In this document: piece by piece, positions 38,314 to 48,412 of the stretch
How the letters are laid out: the number at the start of each line of letters is the position of its first letter
How positions within the stretch are numbered: position 1 is the first letter of the stretch
NCBI GenBank assembly: GCA_030647205.1
Contig: JAUSJO010000002.1
Coordinates: 177,112 to 241,111, forward strand
Direction of reading: 5' to 3'
DNA: 64,000 nt
From: a bacterium
Lineage (GTDB): Bacteria; Patescibacteriota; CPR2; UBA1875; JAJYID01
Made by a program: the position numbers and the translations under genes
The notes under the pieces: model-generated
What the model saw: the letters and a program-made list of their open reading frames with translations, nothing else
What the model was told of the DNA's origin: nothing
Databases searched by the model: none

Positions 38314-40074
38314 ATGAAAAATCTGAAGAAATTATATCAAATAATGAAACCTCTGAAATGGGTAATAATTTTACTCTCTTTTTTGGCTATTTTAGAGTCT
38401 GTTTTAGGCGTTGTTACGCCGCTGGTTTATAAAGTTATCGTAAATAATATTACGAATATTGTAAGCGGGGCATTAACGAAAGATGCCGGTATAAGGAACA
38501 TGATATATGTAACTATACTTTTACTTTTAATCTTCGCGGTCACGACTATTAGTTACATTCTAAAGAGTTATTATGGTCCAAAACTTGAAGTTCAGACACA
38601 AAGGCTGATAAGAGAAAGAATATTCAATCATCTTACCGAGCTATCAGTTGATTTCTATGAAAAAGAACGCGTCGGTTCTCTTATGAGTAAATTTAACAGG
38701 GGAATAAGCAGAGGCAGTTCCCTTATGAGTCAGATAGTGAACTGGCTGGCTTCTCAGTTGTTGACCGGTATTTTTTCTATGGTAATGATATTTGTTATTG
38801 ATTGGCAAGCGGGGCTTATAGTTCTTGGTTGCACATTTATATATCTATTTAACACTTCCAGATTAGTGAAGAAAGTTAACCCGTTACACAAAGCCATTAA
38901 CAAAAAATATGATAGTATAAGCGGTCAAATATTTGAAGTTGCCTCAGGGATACATACTGTTAAGTCCTTTGCCCAAGAAGACAATGAGACACTTTCGTTT
39001 GTCAAACGCAATAGCAGCTGGGTGGATATGAGCCTGGAAAGAGCTAAGAAAAGGGCTGTTTATGTTTTGGGACGCCACACGATTATTGATTTTGCGGGAG
39101 TGGTGATAATGGTTATGGCGGGGTTTAAGGCACTAAACGGTCAAATTACACCCGGAGACATTGTCCTCTACGTAACGTATATCAGGTATATAATTTGGCC
39201 GCTTAGCAACTTGACCTGGCTTTATGATGATGGCCAGGAAGCAATGCGTTCTATTGAGGACATCTTCGAATTTTTGGAAACGAAGCCAAGCGTACAAGAT
39301 ACTAAAAACGCAGAAAATATTGGAAAGGTCAGTGGAAACATTGAGTTTTCAAATGTTGGCTTTAGCTATCGTGAGCAGACAAAGGTTCTAGATAAGATAT
39401 CTTTTATCGCTAAACCCGGGGAATCTATCGCGCTGGTGGGTCCATCAGGAACAGGCAAGTCAACTATTGCCAAGCTTCTGATCCGATTTTATGATGCAAC
39501 CGAAGGAAAAATCCTTATAGATGGGAAGGATATCAGAAATATAACCCAAAAGTCTCTCAGGAAAAACATTGGTGTAGTCCAGCAGGAAGCTATGCTTTTT
39601 AACCAAAGCATAAAGAAAAATATTGGCTATGGAACCCCTAGTGCAAAAATTAAAGACATAGAAAGGGCAGCAAAGGCGGCAAACATTCATGATTTTATTA
39701 TGGGCTTGCCGGAAGGTTATAACACTTTGGTTGGTGAAAGAGGAATCAAACTTTCCGGAGGAGAAAAACAAAGGGTTGCTATCGCTCGCGCGCTACTCAA
39801 AAATCCGCCAATCCTTATTCTTGATGAAGCTACATCTCACCTTGACTCGAAGTCGGAACAGTTGGTGCAGGAAGCTATTTGGAGGCTTATAGAAGGCAGG
39901 ACGACGGTTATTATCGCTCATCGTCTAGCTACTGTTATGAAGGCGGACAAAATAATAGTGATCCAAAAGGGCAAGATTATTGAAGAAGACACCCACGAAG
40001 AGCTGGTTGCCGCGGGAGGACTTTATGAAGAACTATTTAAGATTCAGTCAGGGGCAATGCTCTCGGAGGATTAG
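38314..40074 (+). CDS. Fused TMD-NBD ABC exporter (MsbA/Atm1-like)
   Basis: GPSGTGKS, LSGGEKQRVAIAR, LDEATS, IAHRL. Confidence 0.92.
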   Translation: MKNLKKLYQIMKPLKWVIILLSFLAILESVLGVVTPLVYKVIVNNITNIVSGALTKDAGIRNMIYVTILLLLIFAVTTISYILKSYYGPKLEVQTQRLIRERIFNHLTELSVDFYEKERVGSLMSKFNRGISRGSSLMSQIVNWLASQLLTGIFSMVMIFVIDWQAGLIVLGCTFIYLFNTSRLVKKVNPLHKAINKKYDSISGQIFEVASGIHTVKSFAQEDNETLSFVKRNSSWVDMSLERAKKRAVYVLGRHTIIDFAGVVIMVMAGFKALNGQITPGDIVLYVTYIRYIIWPLSNLTWLYDDGQEAMRSIEDIFEFLETKPSVQDTKNAENIGKVSGNIEFSNVGFSYREQTKVLDKISFIAKPGESIALVGPSGTGKSTIAKLLIRFYDATEGKILIDGKDIRNITQKSLRKNIGVVQQEAMLFNQSIKKNIGYGTPSAKIKDIERAAKAANIHDFIMGLPEGYNTLVGERGIKLSGGEKQRVAIARALLKNPPILILDEATSHLDSKSEQLVQEAIWRLIEGRTTVIIAHRLATVMKADKIIVIQKGKIIEEDTHEELVAAGGLYEELFKIQSGAMLSED

Positions 40075-40496
40075 TTAGTCTCTAGCTTAGGTTGAACTTT
40101 TTCCAAATAATCCTTTAAGTTCTGATAACTTAGTCTTTTTGATACTTGTTCAAGCGGGACCCACTCAACTTTATCGTGATCAAACTCTGCTCTTAAGTTC
40201 TCGGTGGTTGGTTTTGCCAAGAACATATACTGTCTCACATCTCCATCATGGTCATTGTGGTAGTAAATAGTAGGCAAGATTTTTATAATTTCAATCTCAA
40301 GTCCGGTTTCTTCGCGGATTTCTCTTATAGTTGTTTCCTCAGGAGTTTCACCCTTTTCCATTCCGCCTTTTGGGAAGCTCCAGTCTTTTAGGTATTCTCT
40401 TTCACGATACTCCAGTAAAACCTCCGTTACTCCTTTGTTGTCGTGAACGATGATTGCTCCGGCTTTTTCAAAATATGTTTTGGTTTCTTCATTCAT
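40071..40496 (-). CDS. NUDIX hydrolase
   Basis: Nudix box GGMEKGETPEETTIREIREETG. Confidence 0.92.
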   Translation of the reverse strand: MNEETKTYFEKAGAIIVHDNKGVTEVLLEYREREYLKDWSFPKGGMEKGETPEETTIREIREETGLEIEIIKILPTIYYHNDHDGDVRQYMFLAKPTTENLRAEFDHDKVEWVPLEQVSKRLSYQNLKDYLEKVQPKLETN

Positions 40497-40559
40497 ATGT
40501 CTTTAAGTATAGCATAAGCTTTGAAACTTTTTTGAATAGTGGTATTATCTAAACATATT

Positions 40560-41561
40560 ATGAAAGCTTTATCTATTATAGTCTTGATTATCATCTTCCC
40601 GCTATTTTTTCTGGCAATTTTTGGCCTGTCTCTAAAGTTTACTGTCCAAAATAAAAATTTCATAAAGAAGGAGCTAAAAAGCCAAGAAGCTTATAACAAA
40701 ATCAATAGAAATCTTCCAGAAATCGTTAGTCTTTTCCCTGAAAATAAAGAGGGAGGGGGTGTCGCTCAGGTTTTCACAAACGTAGCACTCGGAAATATTT
40801 TAAAAGAAGCACTGACACCACAAATTTTAGAAGAAAATACAGAGTTATTACTGGATGGTAAACAGGCTAGTGAAAATCAACAAAAGCGTTTTAGTGACAG
40901 TATAATGAAGATAGTTGAAGCTAAATATAACACTCTGCCCGTTTGCTCTCCAAATCAAGACACAAGTGAGATGACATGCCGGCCGGCTGGTGTTTCTTTC
41001 GAACAGTTGCAGAGCCAGTTGCCTGCAGATAGTGTCCTGCACATCACAAATGCGGATGGGGAGTTTAAAATAACACAAATGACCGATAAAGAAGCTAGTG
41101 ATGCAAGCCAAGATCCTCAAGCTTCACAGCCTCAGAACAACTCAAGCCTATCGTTGCTTTCCATGATTGGTAAACTAACCTATATATTGCCAGTTATTCT
41201 ATTTTTCATAATTCTTTTTTTGGCACGCGGTTTTGCCGGAAACTGGCGGGGAATGGGGAAGATTTTCGGAATCTTCCTTGCAGTTCTTTCGACACTCAGC
41301 CTTCTAGTTAGCCTTTTGCTTTCTCTCTTTAACAAAAACTTGGCATCTTTGATTGCAGGATTCGCGAACGGTCTCCCGAAGTTAAAAAATGATCTCATAT
41401 TGCCGATGGTTCAAGACATTTTTTCTAAGATCAGTTCTATGGAGATGAAGATTTCAGTGGCCCTGATCGTTTTTGGGATTATTATGATAGTTGGGTCATG
41501 GGTTCTGAACAAGTTTGTTTTTAAAAAACGAGATGTTACAAAAATCGAAACAGAAAAATAA
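40560..41561 (+). CDS. Hypothetical membrane protein
   Basis: N-terminal TM, extracellular domain with Cys pair, 3 C-terminal TM. Confidence 0.7.
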   Translation: MKALSIIVLIIIFPLFFLAIFGLSLKFTVQNKNFIKKELKSQEAYNKINRNLPEIVSLFPENKEGGGVAQVFTNVALGNILKEALTPQILEENTELLLDGKQASENQQKRFSDSIMKIVEAKYNTLPVCSPNQDTSEMTCRPAGVSFEQLQSQLPADSVLHITNADGEFKITQMTDKEASDASQDPQASQPQNNSSLSLLSMIGKLTYILPVILFFIILFLARGFAGNWRGMGKIFGIFLAVLSTLSLLVSLLLSLFNKNLASLIAGFANGLPKLKNDLILPMVQDIFSKISSMEMKISVALIVFGIIMIVGSWVLNKFVFKKRDVTKIETEK

Positions 41562-41658
41562 AGGCCTTTATTTTTAAAATTGTTTTAGTTGTCTCTACGA
41601 GTGTAGTATTTTACTTATTTGCCGGGGCGAAGAAAAATCCTTTTGTTAACAATAATGA

Positions 41659-41755
41659 TTGACTTTTTTTAAAAAATGACTATAATTGTGACATCCAAAG
41701 CGGAAGTAACTTGACAGACATGAATGTCTTCGAGCGTATCTATGTTAATCTCTAA
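41659..41755 (+). promoter_or_regulatory. Promoter and 11-codon upstream ORF ahead of ABC-F
   Basis: TTGACT-16 nt-TATAAT; ATG 41720..TAA 41755 encodes MNVFERIYVNL. Confidence 0.4.
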
Positions 41756-41777
41756 ATATCCGAGGAGGTGGTAAAAG

Positions 41778-43451
41778 ATGATAAAAATCAGCAACCTTTC
41801 AAAGTCATATGAAGTGGGGAAAGTCCTATCTCATGTAAACCTTGTCGTAAACGAGGGTGAAAAAGTCGGCTTAGTTGGTCCTAACGGAGTAGGTAAGTCA
41901 ACTTTGCTTAAACTTGTGGCTGGCAAGGAGCGTTCTGATGAGGGAAGTATCCAACTGGAGAAAAATGATAAAGTTGGGTATCTTGCTCAAGAAGTAAATC
42001 CTTCATCTCCATCTCAGACCGTACGAGATTTTCTCCTTTTTCCGTTTGCTGAGCTGATGAAGATAGAAGAAGAGATGAACGGACTTACGGAAAAGATCTC
42101 TGAGGCTGAAGGAGAAAAACAACAGAAACTGCTGTATGAGTATGGTGACCTTCAAGAAAAGTTCATGAAAGGTGATGGTTATGAGATTGAAACACGTCTC
42201 AAACAGATTGCCGAGGGACTTAGCTTGAAACCACTAATGGACTTAAAAATGTCTTCTCTTAGCGGTGGCCAGAAAGCAAGAGTATCAATAGGCCAAATGC
42301 TGATGGAAAATCCAACGATACTTTTGTTGGATGAGCCGACAAATCATCTTGATCTTCCTTCATTGTTATGGCTAGAAAGCTATATTATGAAAGATAATCG
42401 TCCACTAATAGTAGTGTCACATGACCGGCGTTTCTTGGATAAGACCGTATCTCGAGTAGTCGAGGTTGATCCGTTCAGTCATGAGGTTACTTCTTTTGGA
42501 GGAAACTACAGTGATTATCTGGAGGAAAAAAAGAGATTAAGAGAGAGGCAGTTGCAGAACTATGAGCAGCAGCAGAAGAGGTTCGATAAGCTCGATGAAG
42601 ACATCAAAAAAACGAAGGGTCAGGCACTAAGGACAGAAACGTCAACGAAGAATGACGTCTTACGGAGATATGCCAAGAAGGTTGCCAAGAAGGCGAAGTC
42701 AAGAGAGAACAGGCTACAAAAGATGAAAGAGTCTGAGGAAGCTATAGAGAAGCCGAGGGAGAAAGATAAACCAAAGCTGAAACTAAAAACTTCCGGTAAG
42801 GGCGGTAACCTGCTTGTGAAGCTTTCCGGTATATCGATAGCTTTCGGTAAAAAAGAACTGCTGAGAGATGTCGAAATATCTATAAGGTCCGGAGATCACA
42901 TAGCTATACTGGGCAGTAATGGTAGTGGTAAATCAACTCTTCTGAAGATACTTCTGGAAGAGATAAAGCCTAATGCCGGGATAGTAGAGAAAGGGAAAGA
43001 TGTCAGTGTTGGATACTTGCCCCAGGAATATGGCCATCTTCCTAAAGAGAAGAAAGCTCTGGAATGGTTCAGAAGCCAGGTCGTGATGCATGAAGATGAG
43101 GCAAGGTCCTTATTGGGCAGTTTATCTTTCTCTCAGGATGTTCTCTTTAGCCCGATAGGTAAACTTAGTCGAGGCGAAGTGGCGCGACTGCTTCTGGCAG
43201 TCTTGGTAGCCGGTGATTATGATCTTATCCTTCTGGATGAGCCTACTAATCATCTTGATCTCGACTCACTAAGTGCTATGGAGGAAGCTCTGACGAGCTA
43301 TAAAGGGTCAGTTGTGCTGGTTACTCACGACAGATACTTTCTTGACAAAGTAGGTATCGATGAAGTGCTAGCACTTGAAGATTGCCAACTCAAAAAGTTT
43401 TCCTCTTGGAAAGCCTATGAGAAGGCGGTAACTACTCAAGATCGGAGGTGA
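41778..43451 (+). CDS. ABC-F family ribosome-associated ATPase
   Basis: Two NBDs (GPNGVGKS, GSNGSGKS), two LDEPTNHLD, helical linker, no TM. Confidence 0.93.
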   Translation: MIKISNLSKSYEVGKVLSHVNLVVNEGEKVGLVGPNGVGKSTLLKLVAGKERSDEGSIQLEKNDKVGYLAQEVNPSSPSQTVRDFLLFPFAELMKIEEEMNGLTEKISEAEGEKQQKLLYEYGDLQEKFMKGDGYEIETRLKQIAEGLSLKPLMDLKMSSLSGGQKARVSIGQMLMENPTILLLDEPTNHLDLPSLLWLESYIMKDNRPLIVVSHDRRFLDKTVSRVVEVDPFSHEVTSFGGNYSDYLEEKKRLRERQLQNYEQQQKRFDKLDEDIKKTKGQALRTETSTKNDVLRRYAKKVAKKAKSRENRLQKMKESEEAIEKPREKDKPKLKLKTSGKGGNLLVKLSGISIAFGKKELLRDVEISIRSGDHIAILGSNGSGKSTLLKILLEEIKPNAGIVEKGKDVSVGYLPQEYGHLPKEKKALEWFRSQVVMHEDEARSLLGSLSFSQDVLFSPIGKLSRGEVARLLLAVLVAGDYDLILLDEPTNHLDLDSLSAMEEALTSYKGSVVLVTHDRYFLDKVGIDEVLALEDCQLKKFSSWKAYEKAVTTQDRR

Positions 43452-43456
43452 AAACT

Positions 43457-43639
43457 ATGACACAAGAACCTGAGGTACAAACCCATCGCCTCTGTCACAT
43501 TGATCAGAACTGTTGCCCTGAGGTAGCAGTTGGTCGTGAGACGGTAAGTATCACCGATGATGATGGCGGGAGGGTGGAGCTGCCAGTGTCCGCTTGGAAC
43601 ATCCTGAAAGATAGGATTTCCAGCGGGGAAATCACGTAG
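43457..43639 (+). CDS. 60-aa Cys-containing protein (possible radical SAM substrate or partner)
   Basis: GGAGGTG SD; LCHIDQNCCPEV..ITDDDGG..AWNIL. Confidence 0.7.
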   Translation: MTQEPEVQTHRLCHIDQNCCPEVAVGRETVSITDDDGGRVELPVSAWNILKDRISSGEIT

Positions 43640-43658
43640 TTGTTTTACTAGATCGTAT

Positions 43659-43690
43659 GGGGGTGTACTTTGTACACCCCCTTCTTTTTT
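43659..43690 (+). terminator. Hairpin between small ORF and radical SAM gene
   Basis: GGGGGTGTAC-ttt-GTACACCCCC then T-tract. Confidence 0.75.
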
Positions 43691-43704
43691 AGAAGGAGGC
43701 ATTG

Positions 43705-44694
43705 ATGGTTGATTTACCTTTGTATGTATTGACGACCACAAGATGCAACTTTGTGTGTAGATACTGTTTTGAGGAAGGAATACCTCAGTCGGATATGCTA
43801 CCCACCATTAAGGACAAGATGATAAGTTTTATAGAAGGAATAGTCGTTAGTAAAGGTATATCGTCTATAAATCTTACGTTGTTTGGAGGGGAACCCTTGA
43901 TGACGGGGATGTCTCCCGAAGTTGCAAAAGACATAAAAGAAGTTGCAGTTTCAAGAAGTACTGACTACCATTTGAGCCTAATAACTAATGGCTATCTTCT
44001 TTCTCCAACCACTCTAGAGAAGTTAGTTGGCTTGGGGTTAGACAAAGTCATAGTGAGTATTGATGGTTCAGAGAAACAACACAACAGGAACAGACCGTTG
44101 AAAAATGGCGACCCGACTTTCGATATGATTGTCGACAATGTTGAAGCTGTTTTGCCTGTTGTACCAGTCGTTATCCGGGTGAATTATTATCCCGGCGAAA
44201 TTGCTGAGGTTATAAAGGGGCTTAAAAGAATAAAAGAGATGGGAGCTAACAGCGTATACTTTTCTCCGATACGCCCTTCTTCAGAAAAAAGTTGTGGAGA
44301 AGTGCCAGCAAGCAAGAACGATTTTGATGAACTGGTGATTCTTCATAAGAGTGCGAAAGAGATGGGGCTACTACCACATGACGATTATAGGTTCGGACCC
44401 TGTATGGCTCACCATCCTCATGCAATGGTCATAAATCCTTCCGGCGAGATATATAAATGTTTGTATGGCGTTGGAAGGTCATTTTGTCGGTCAGGAAGTA
44501 TCTTTGATGGTTATAAGCCAAATCAAAGAATAGTGCAAAAGGAGTATATGTCCGATAAGTGTCATTTGTGTGAACTGCTTCCCTTTTGTTTTGGAGGATG
44601 TAGATATGACGCTTATCAGAGTACAGGATCTTTCGAGGGTACCGTTTGCAAAAAGGGTGGTCTTGGAAGATTACGTAAGATCAAAAAAATGTAA
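43705..44694 (+). CDS. Radical SAM/SPASM domain protein
   Basis: CNFVCRYC, FGGEPL, SIDG; SPASM C..GEIYKC..CHLC..CFGGC..C. Confidence 0.92.
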   Translation: MVDLPLYVLTTTRCNFVCRYCFEEGIPQSDMLPTIKDKMISFIEGIVVSKGISSINLTLFGGEPLMTGMSPEVAKDIKEVAVSRSTDYHLSLITNGYLLSPTTLEKLVGLGLDKVIVSIDGSEKQHNRNRPLKNGDPTFDMIVDNVEAVLPVVPVVIRVNYYPGEIAEVIKGLKRIKEMGANSVYFSPIRPSSEKSCGEVPASKNDFDELVILHKSAKEMGLLPHDDYRFGPCMAHHPHAMVINPSGEIYKCLYGVGRSFCRSGSIFDGYKPNQRIVQKEYMSDKCHLCELLPFCFGGCRYDAYQSTGSFEGTVCKKGGLGRLRKIKKM

Positions 44695-44799
44695 CAAAAA
44701 GGCAGGCTTTTAAGCCATTTGCGGATTTGCCTTGGACTCTAGCAGTCTAAAACCGCTTTTTAACTTTTTATATTATTATTTTAAGAGTAAGATTTTATT

Positions 44800-45723
44800 A
44801 TGAACCGATTTATCGAAACATATCAAAGAAAGCCAGCGGATATACTAAATCTCATCAAACAAATATCTGGGAACCTTGATGTCAAAACTATTTCAGATTT
44901 TTGTGAAGCAGAATATCAGCTTTTTTCAATTTTCCAATATGAGAGGGATATTTTAGATGTCAGCGGGACTGGAGGCGCGGAATATGATACGGTGAATGTT
45001 GGGACTATCAGTGCTTTCATTCTGGCTTCTTTAGATATCCCTGTAGCTAAACTATCATTTCCCAGTTACTCTGGCTCTCTAGGAAGTGAAAATATACTAA
45101 AAAAATATGGTATTCCTATTAGAATCTCTCGAGAAGAAATATTTAAAGATTTAGACAAATTCAACTTATGTTTTTTGCAGCGTGAGTATAGTTTAGAAGG
45201 ACTGGAAAGAAACAAGAAAACAGCAGAAATAGCTAATATGATGCCTCGAAGGTCTATATTTAGGTTACTTGGCCCACTTTGCCATCCTTTAAAGCCGGAT
45301 TTTAGGGTTTATGGCCTTGCCAAAAACACTGAAGGCGAGGCTATAAGCTGCTATTTAAGGGAAAACACAAAAAGGTACATGGTTGTTTCTGGTAAAAGTG
45401 GCATAGACGAAGTAGATATTTGTGAGTCTACAGATATTTGGGAAAATGATGGATCATACAGCCTAGATGTAGAGACACTAGGCCTTAAAAAAGAATCCAT
45501 AAAAGACATACAGGTTGGTAATGTAAAGAGCGAAGAGTTATTTTTGAAAATCTTGAATAATCAAGTCGGGGGACCCTTAGCTGAGCTTGTTTTAATAAAT
45601 GTTGCGGCAGGTATCAAGGTGGTGAGGGGAACGGACTGGGAGAAGAGTTATAAAATAGCAGAAGACGAACTAAAGTCAGGAAGACCTTTTGAGATATTTA
45701 GGCAAATGAGCTTGTTACCATGA
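44800..45723 (+). CDS. Divergent anthranilate phosphoribosyltransferase-like (TrpD fold) protein
   Basis: GTGG..TVN, RSIFRLLGPLCHP, GIDE, LINVAAG; KHGN motif reads KLSF. Confidence 0.8.
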   Translation: MNRFIETYQRKPADILNLIKQISGNLDVKTISDFCEAEYQLFSIFQYERDILDVSGTGGAEYDTVNVGTISAFILASLDIPVAKLSFPSYSGSLGSENILKKYGIPIRISREEIFKDLDKFNLCFLQREYSLEGLERNKKTAEIANMMPRRSIFRLLGPLCHPLKPDFRVYGLAKNTEGEAISCYLRENTKRYMVVSGKSGIDEVDICESTDIWENDGSYSLDVETLGLKKESIKDIQVGNVKSEELFLKILNNQVGGPLAELVLINVAAGIKVVRGTDWEKSYKIAEDELKSGRPFEIFRQMSLLP

Positions 45724-46166
45724 ACTCTGATTTGTTAAATATTCTGATAGAACAGCTGAAGGAAGATAAAAGTATTGTCTTGGTTGGTCCCACTGACTTG
45801 GGGAAGACACATTTTGTAGCTAGCCAGCTCTTACCTGCTCTAGGAAAAGCAGGCATAGATGCGCGGATGGTCAAAGATTGTGACGAGGACTTCAATATTC
45901 TTGAAGGAGTCGATATTGCTATCTTCGATGAGGTTGAGACGTTTATAGATAGAGAGTTTCTAGAGAAAAGACATCCGGAGGAAATACCGTATTATACGTC
46001 TATGTATGCTAAAAAAGTTCTGGGGTGGTTTGATAAGCTAGGAAAGGTAGAAATACCCGCTGTTTATATTATTACGAGAAACGAAAAAGAAGAGGTTGAA
46101 TATCTTGTAGAAAATATGCGCCTTACTGACTGGGGTCGAAAAGTAAAAACCCTATCTTTCCTGTAG
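45720..46166 (+). CDS. Small P-loop NTPase-like protein
   Basis: GPTDLGKT, IAIFDEVE; ATGA overlap with upstream gene. Confidence 0.7.
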   Translation: MNSDLLNILIEQLKEDKSIVLVGPTDLGKTHFVASQLLPALGKAGIDARMVKDCDEDFNILEGVDIAIFDEVETFIDREFLEKRHPEEIPYYTSMYAKKVLGWFDKLGKVEIPAVYIITRNEKEEVEYLVENMRLTDWGRKVKTLSFL

Positions 46167-46255
46167 ATTGTAGGAACTTTCCGTTTGATTTTGGGGGTCA
46201 TTAAAATGGGTCGTTTATCACGCCTGGTAAGGCCGACATATAATAGCCGGATATT

Positions 46256-46495
46256 TTATTTTTTAGTAGTTTCTGATACGGCTTGGCCGAGAGGAGTAAG
46301 TACGTAGCGGTCTACGGGCTTTTCCTCTATAATCTTCAGAAAGCCGAGCCTACCGAGCTTCAGGATACTCTTGTCTAGCTCTTCGCTTGCGCATTCTATG
46401 CCGCCACGAGCAAGCGATCTCTTCACTTCGGAGAATGTCTTTGGCTCCTGCGTCAGGGTGGCCAAGATCATTGTCCCGATCTTCTTCGTGCCCAT
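46256..46495 (-). CDS. Winged-helix DNA-binding protein
   Basis: PKTFSEV..L.KL...GF....RYVLTPLG; GGAGG SD. Confidence 0.7.
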   Translation of the reverse strand: MGTKKIGTMILATLTQEPKTFSEVKRSLARGGIECASEELDKSILKLGRLGFLKIIEEKPVDRYVLTPLGQAVSETTKK

Positions 46496-46780
46496 TTTTG
46501 CCTCCGGTGTTAAATGATATTCAACCCCCCGAAAACTTCAGGCACCCCCATGAAAAAAGAGAGTCTAAAAGACTCTCTTTGTTTCTAAAATTTGGTTTTA
46601 AGAAACAAATACGTTATTGATTCTCTGCAAACTAATAACTGTTTCTCCATTAATTATTTTGCTTATTTTATTTGCCCTTATTATAAGCATTTCCGGAAAA
46701 TTGTCAATAATATTTTACAAAAATTCCTTATTTATCTCATGAATTATGTTAGAATAAAGGCGGAGAACAGCATAAATTCG

Positions 46781-46809
46781 TTGACAAAAAAAGCGTAATG
46801 TTGTATCAT
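46781..46809 (+). promoter_or_regulatory. sigma70 promoter upstream of GNAT-ThiF
   Basis: TTGACA-17 nt-TATCAT. Confidence 0.6.
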
Positions 46810-46932
46810 CTATCTCCAAGAGTTCTTTTACAGCTGAATATGTAGTTTCTCAACACTTGTATAACGCCTTTTGGCTAGATATATATCTCCAGTTTGGAGC
46901 TTAGATAAAAGGGAAAAAGGGAAAGGGTTGTC

Positions 46933-47562
46933 ATGAAACACGGTAACAAAATGTATAGCTTTAAGATCTGCGAAAACGAGGTTGAAAGGATAGCCTCACG
47001 AGAGCTCAGATTTGAGGTGTTTTGTGTGGAAAAGGGTTGGATAGACCCAAGTCAATTTCCAAACAGTCAGGAATTCGACGAATTCGATGATTATGCAAAG
47101 CACATCATTGCTCTAAATGAAAAAGGCGATGTTATCGGCACTGCCCGTGTGATAATGCCGTCCGCCGCAGGACTTCCGATAGAAAAACTGCTTTTGGAGG
47201 ATCAGCTTGATCCCAGTGAGACAGTGGAAGTTTCAAGGCTTGCAGTCCGCGAGGATGCTAGGGGCAACGAGTCAGTTGTGTTTTTCGGCGTAACACGACT
47301 GATGTGGAAGTACGTATCGACTCAGCCTATCAACTACTGGGCTGCATCTGTCGATGTACCTCTCTACAATCGTCTTGAGAGGCTGGGAATGCCATTTATT
47401 GAAGTGGCAGAACCAACATTCTACGTCGGATCGGAATCGGTGCCATTTGTGGCCGACTTTCACAAGACCGAAGATGTCCTCTTCGGTGCCTTTGTAAATC
47501 GCGTTATGTCAAGGATGGGAGGTGGTCAAGATGATACCTTACGAAGCGCTAACAGCGCGTAA
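46933..47562 (+). CDS. GNAT-fold acyltransferase of the LuxI / N-acyl amino acid synthase type
   Basis: LRFEVFCVEKGW, EFDEFD, GTARV, LPIE, EVSRLAV. Confidence 0.82.
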   Translation: MKHGNKMYSFKICENEVERIASRELRFEVFCVEKGWIDPSQFPNSQEFDEFDDYAKHIIALNEKGDVIGTARVIMPSAAGLPIEKLLLEDQLDPSETVEVSRLAVREDARGNESVVFFGVTRLMWKYVSTQPINYWAASVDVPLYNRLERLGMPFIEVAEPTFYVGSESVPFVADFHKTEDVLFGAFVNRVMSRMGGGQDDTLRSANSA

Positions 47563-48316
47563 TGCGGGTATTATCCAGGACCAGGAGTGCTTGAAAAGGG
47601 CCACAGTGGCGATAGCCGGCTGTGGCGGCGCTGGTGGTAAATCTCCAGCGACATTCGCAAGGATGGGGGTTGGCAAGATAAGGTTAGCCGACCCGGATAC
47701 ATTTGATGTCTCAAACCTTAACCGGCAATATGGATCCAGTGTCCGCACGTTGGGTCAAAACAAGGCCCAGGCCATCGCTGATCTGGTGAAGGATATCAAT
47801 CCACATTGCGAAGTTGAAGTCTTCGAGGAGGGTATCACCGAAGACAACATCGCTTCGTTTCTCCAAGGAGTAGATGTGGCCATAGAGGAGATTGATATCC
47901 AGGCCGCTTACTTCTCAGTGATTTTCCATCGTACTGCAAGGGCAATGGGAATCCCTGTCTTAACCGGCGTTGAAGTTGGTTGGGGCGCAAACCTCTTCTA
48001 CTTCGATCCCGAGGGGATGACCTTCGAGGAGTACGTTGGGATTCCTGACGGCGCAAGCAAGGAAGAGATCGAGAAGCATCCTATCCCGATCACTGCGTAT
48101 AGTCCGGAGATACCGGAGTATGTGACCGAGGATATTCTCGGCATGATCATGAGCGGCGAGATCGAAATACCGGCGATAGCGCCATCAGCGAACTTAACCG
48201 CAGCAATGATTGCGGTGTACACATACCTTCTGCTCAGTGGAGCCAAGAAGGTAGAACCGGTGCCTTACTACTATCCTGTCGACATATTTAATGTGGAGGC
48301 AAGAAGAGTAGTGTAG
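47531..48316 (+). CDS. ThiF family adenylyltransferase
   Basis: IAGCGGAG, ADPDTFDVSNLNRQ, GQNKA, INP; no CxxC zinc pairs. Confidence 0.9.
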   Translation: MIPYEALTARNAGIIQDQECLKRATVAIAGCGGAGGKSPATFARMGVGKIRLADPDTFDVSNLNRQYGSSVRTLGQNKAQAIADLVKDINPHCEVEVFEEGITEDNIASFLQGVDVAIEEIDIQAAYFSVIFHRTARAMGIPVLTGVEVGWGANLFYFDPEGMTFEEYVGIPDGASKEEIEKHPIPITAYSPEIPEYVTEDILGMIMSGEIEIPAIAPSANLTAAMIAVYTYLLLSGAKKVEPVPYYYPVDIFNVEARRVV

Positions 48317-48342
48317 CTTTATAACTTCAGAGTGTTACTCTG

Positions 48343-48374
48343 AAAATTGCCAACCCCGTGGGGTTGGCAATTTT
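48343..48374 (+). terminator. Intrinsic terminator after ThiF
   Basis: AAAATTGCCAACCC/GGGTTGGCAATTTT. Confidence 0.75.
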
Positions 48375-48412
48375 CTTTTATATGAATTATACTTAATTAA
48401 AAGCGAGGGAAA

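Noticed and set aside
46387-46798. Two short plus-strand ORFs
   Set aside because: AT-rich intergenic or promoter DNA, with TTG starts and no SD.
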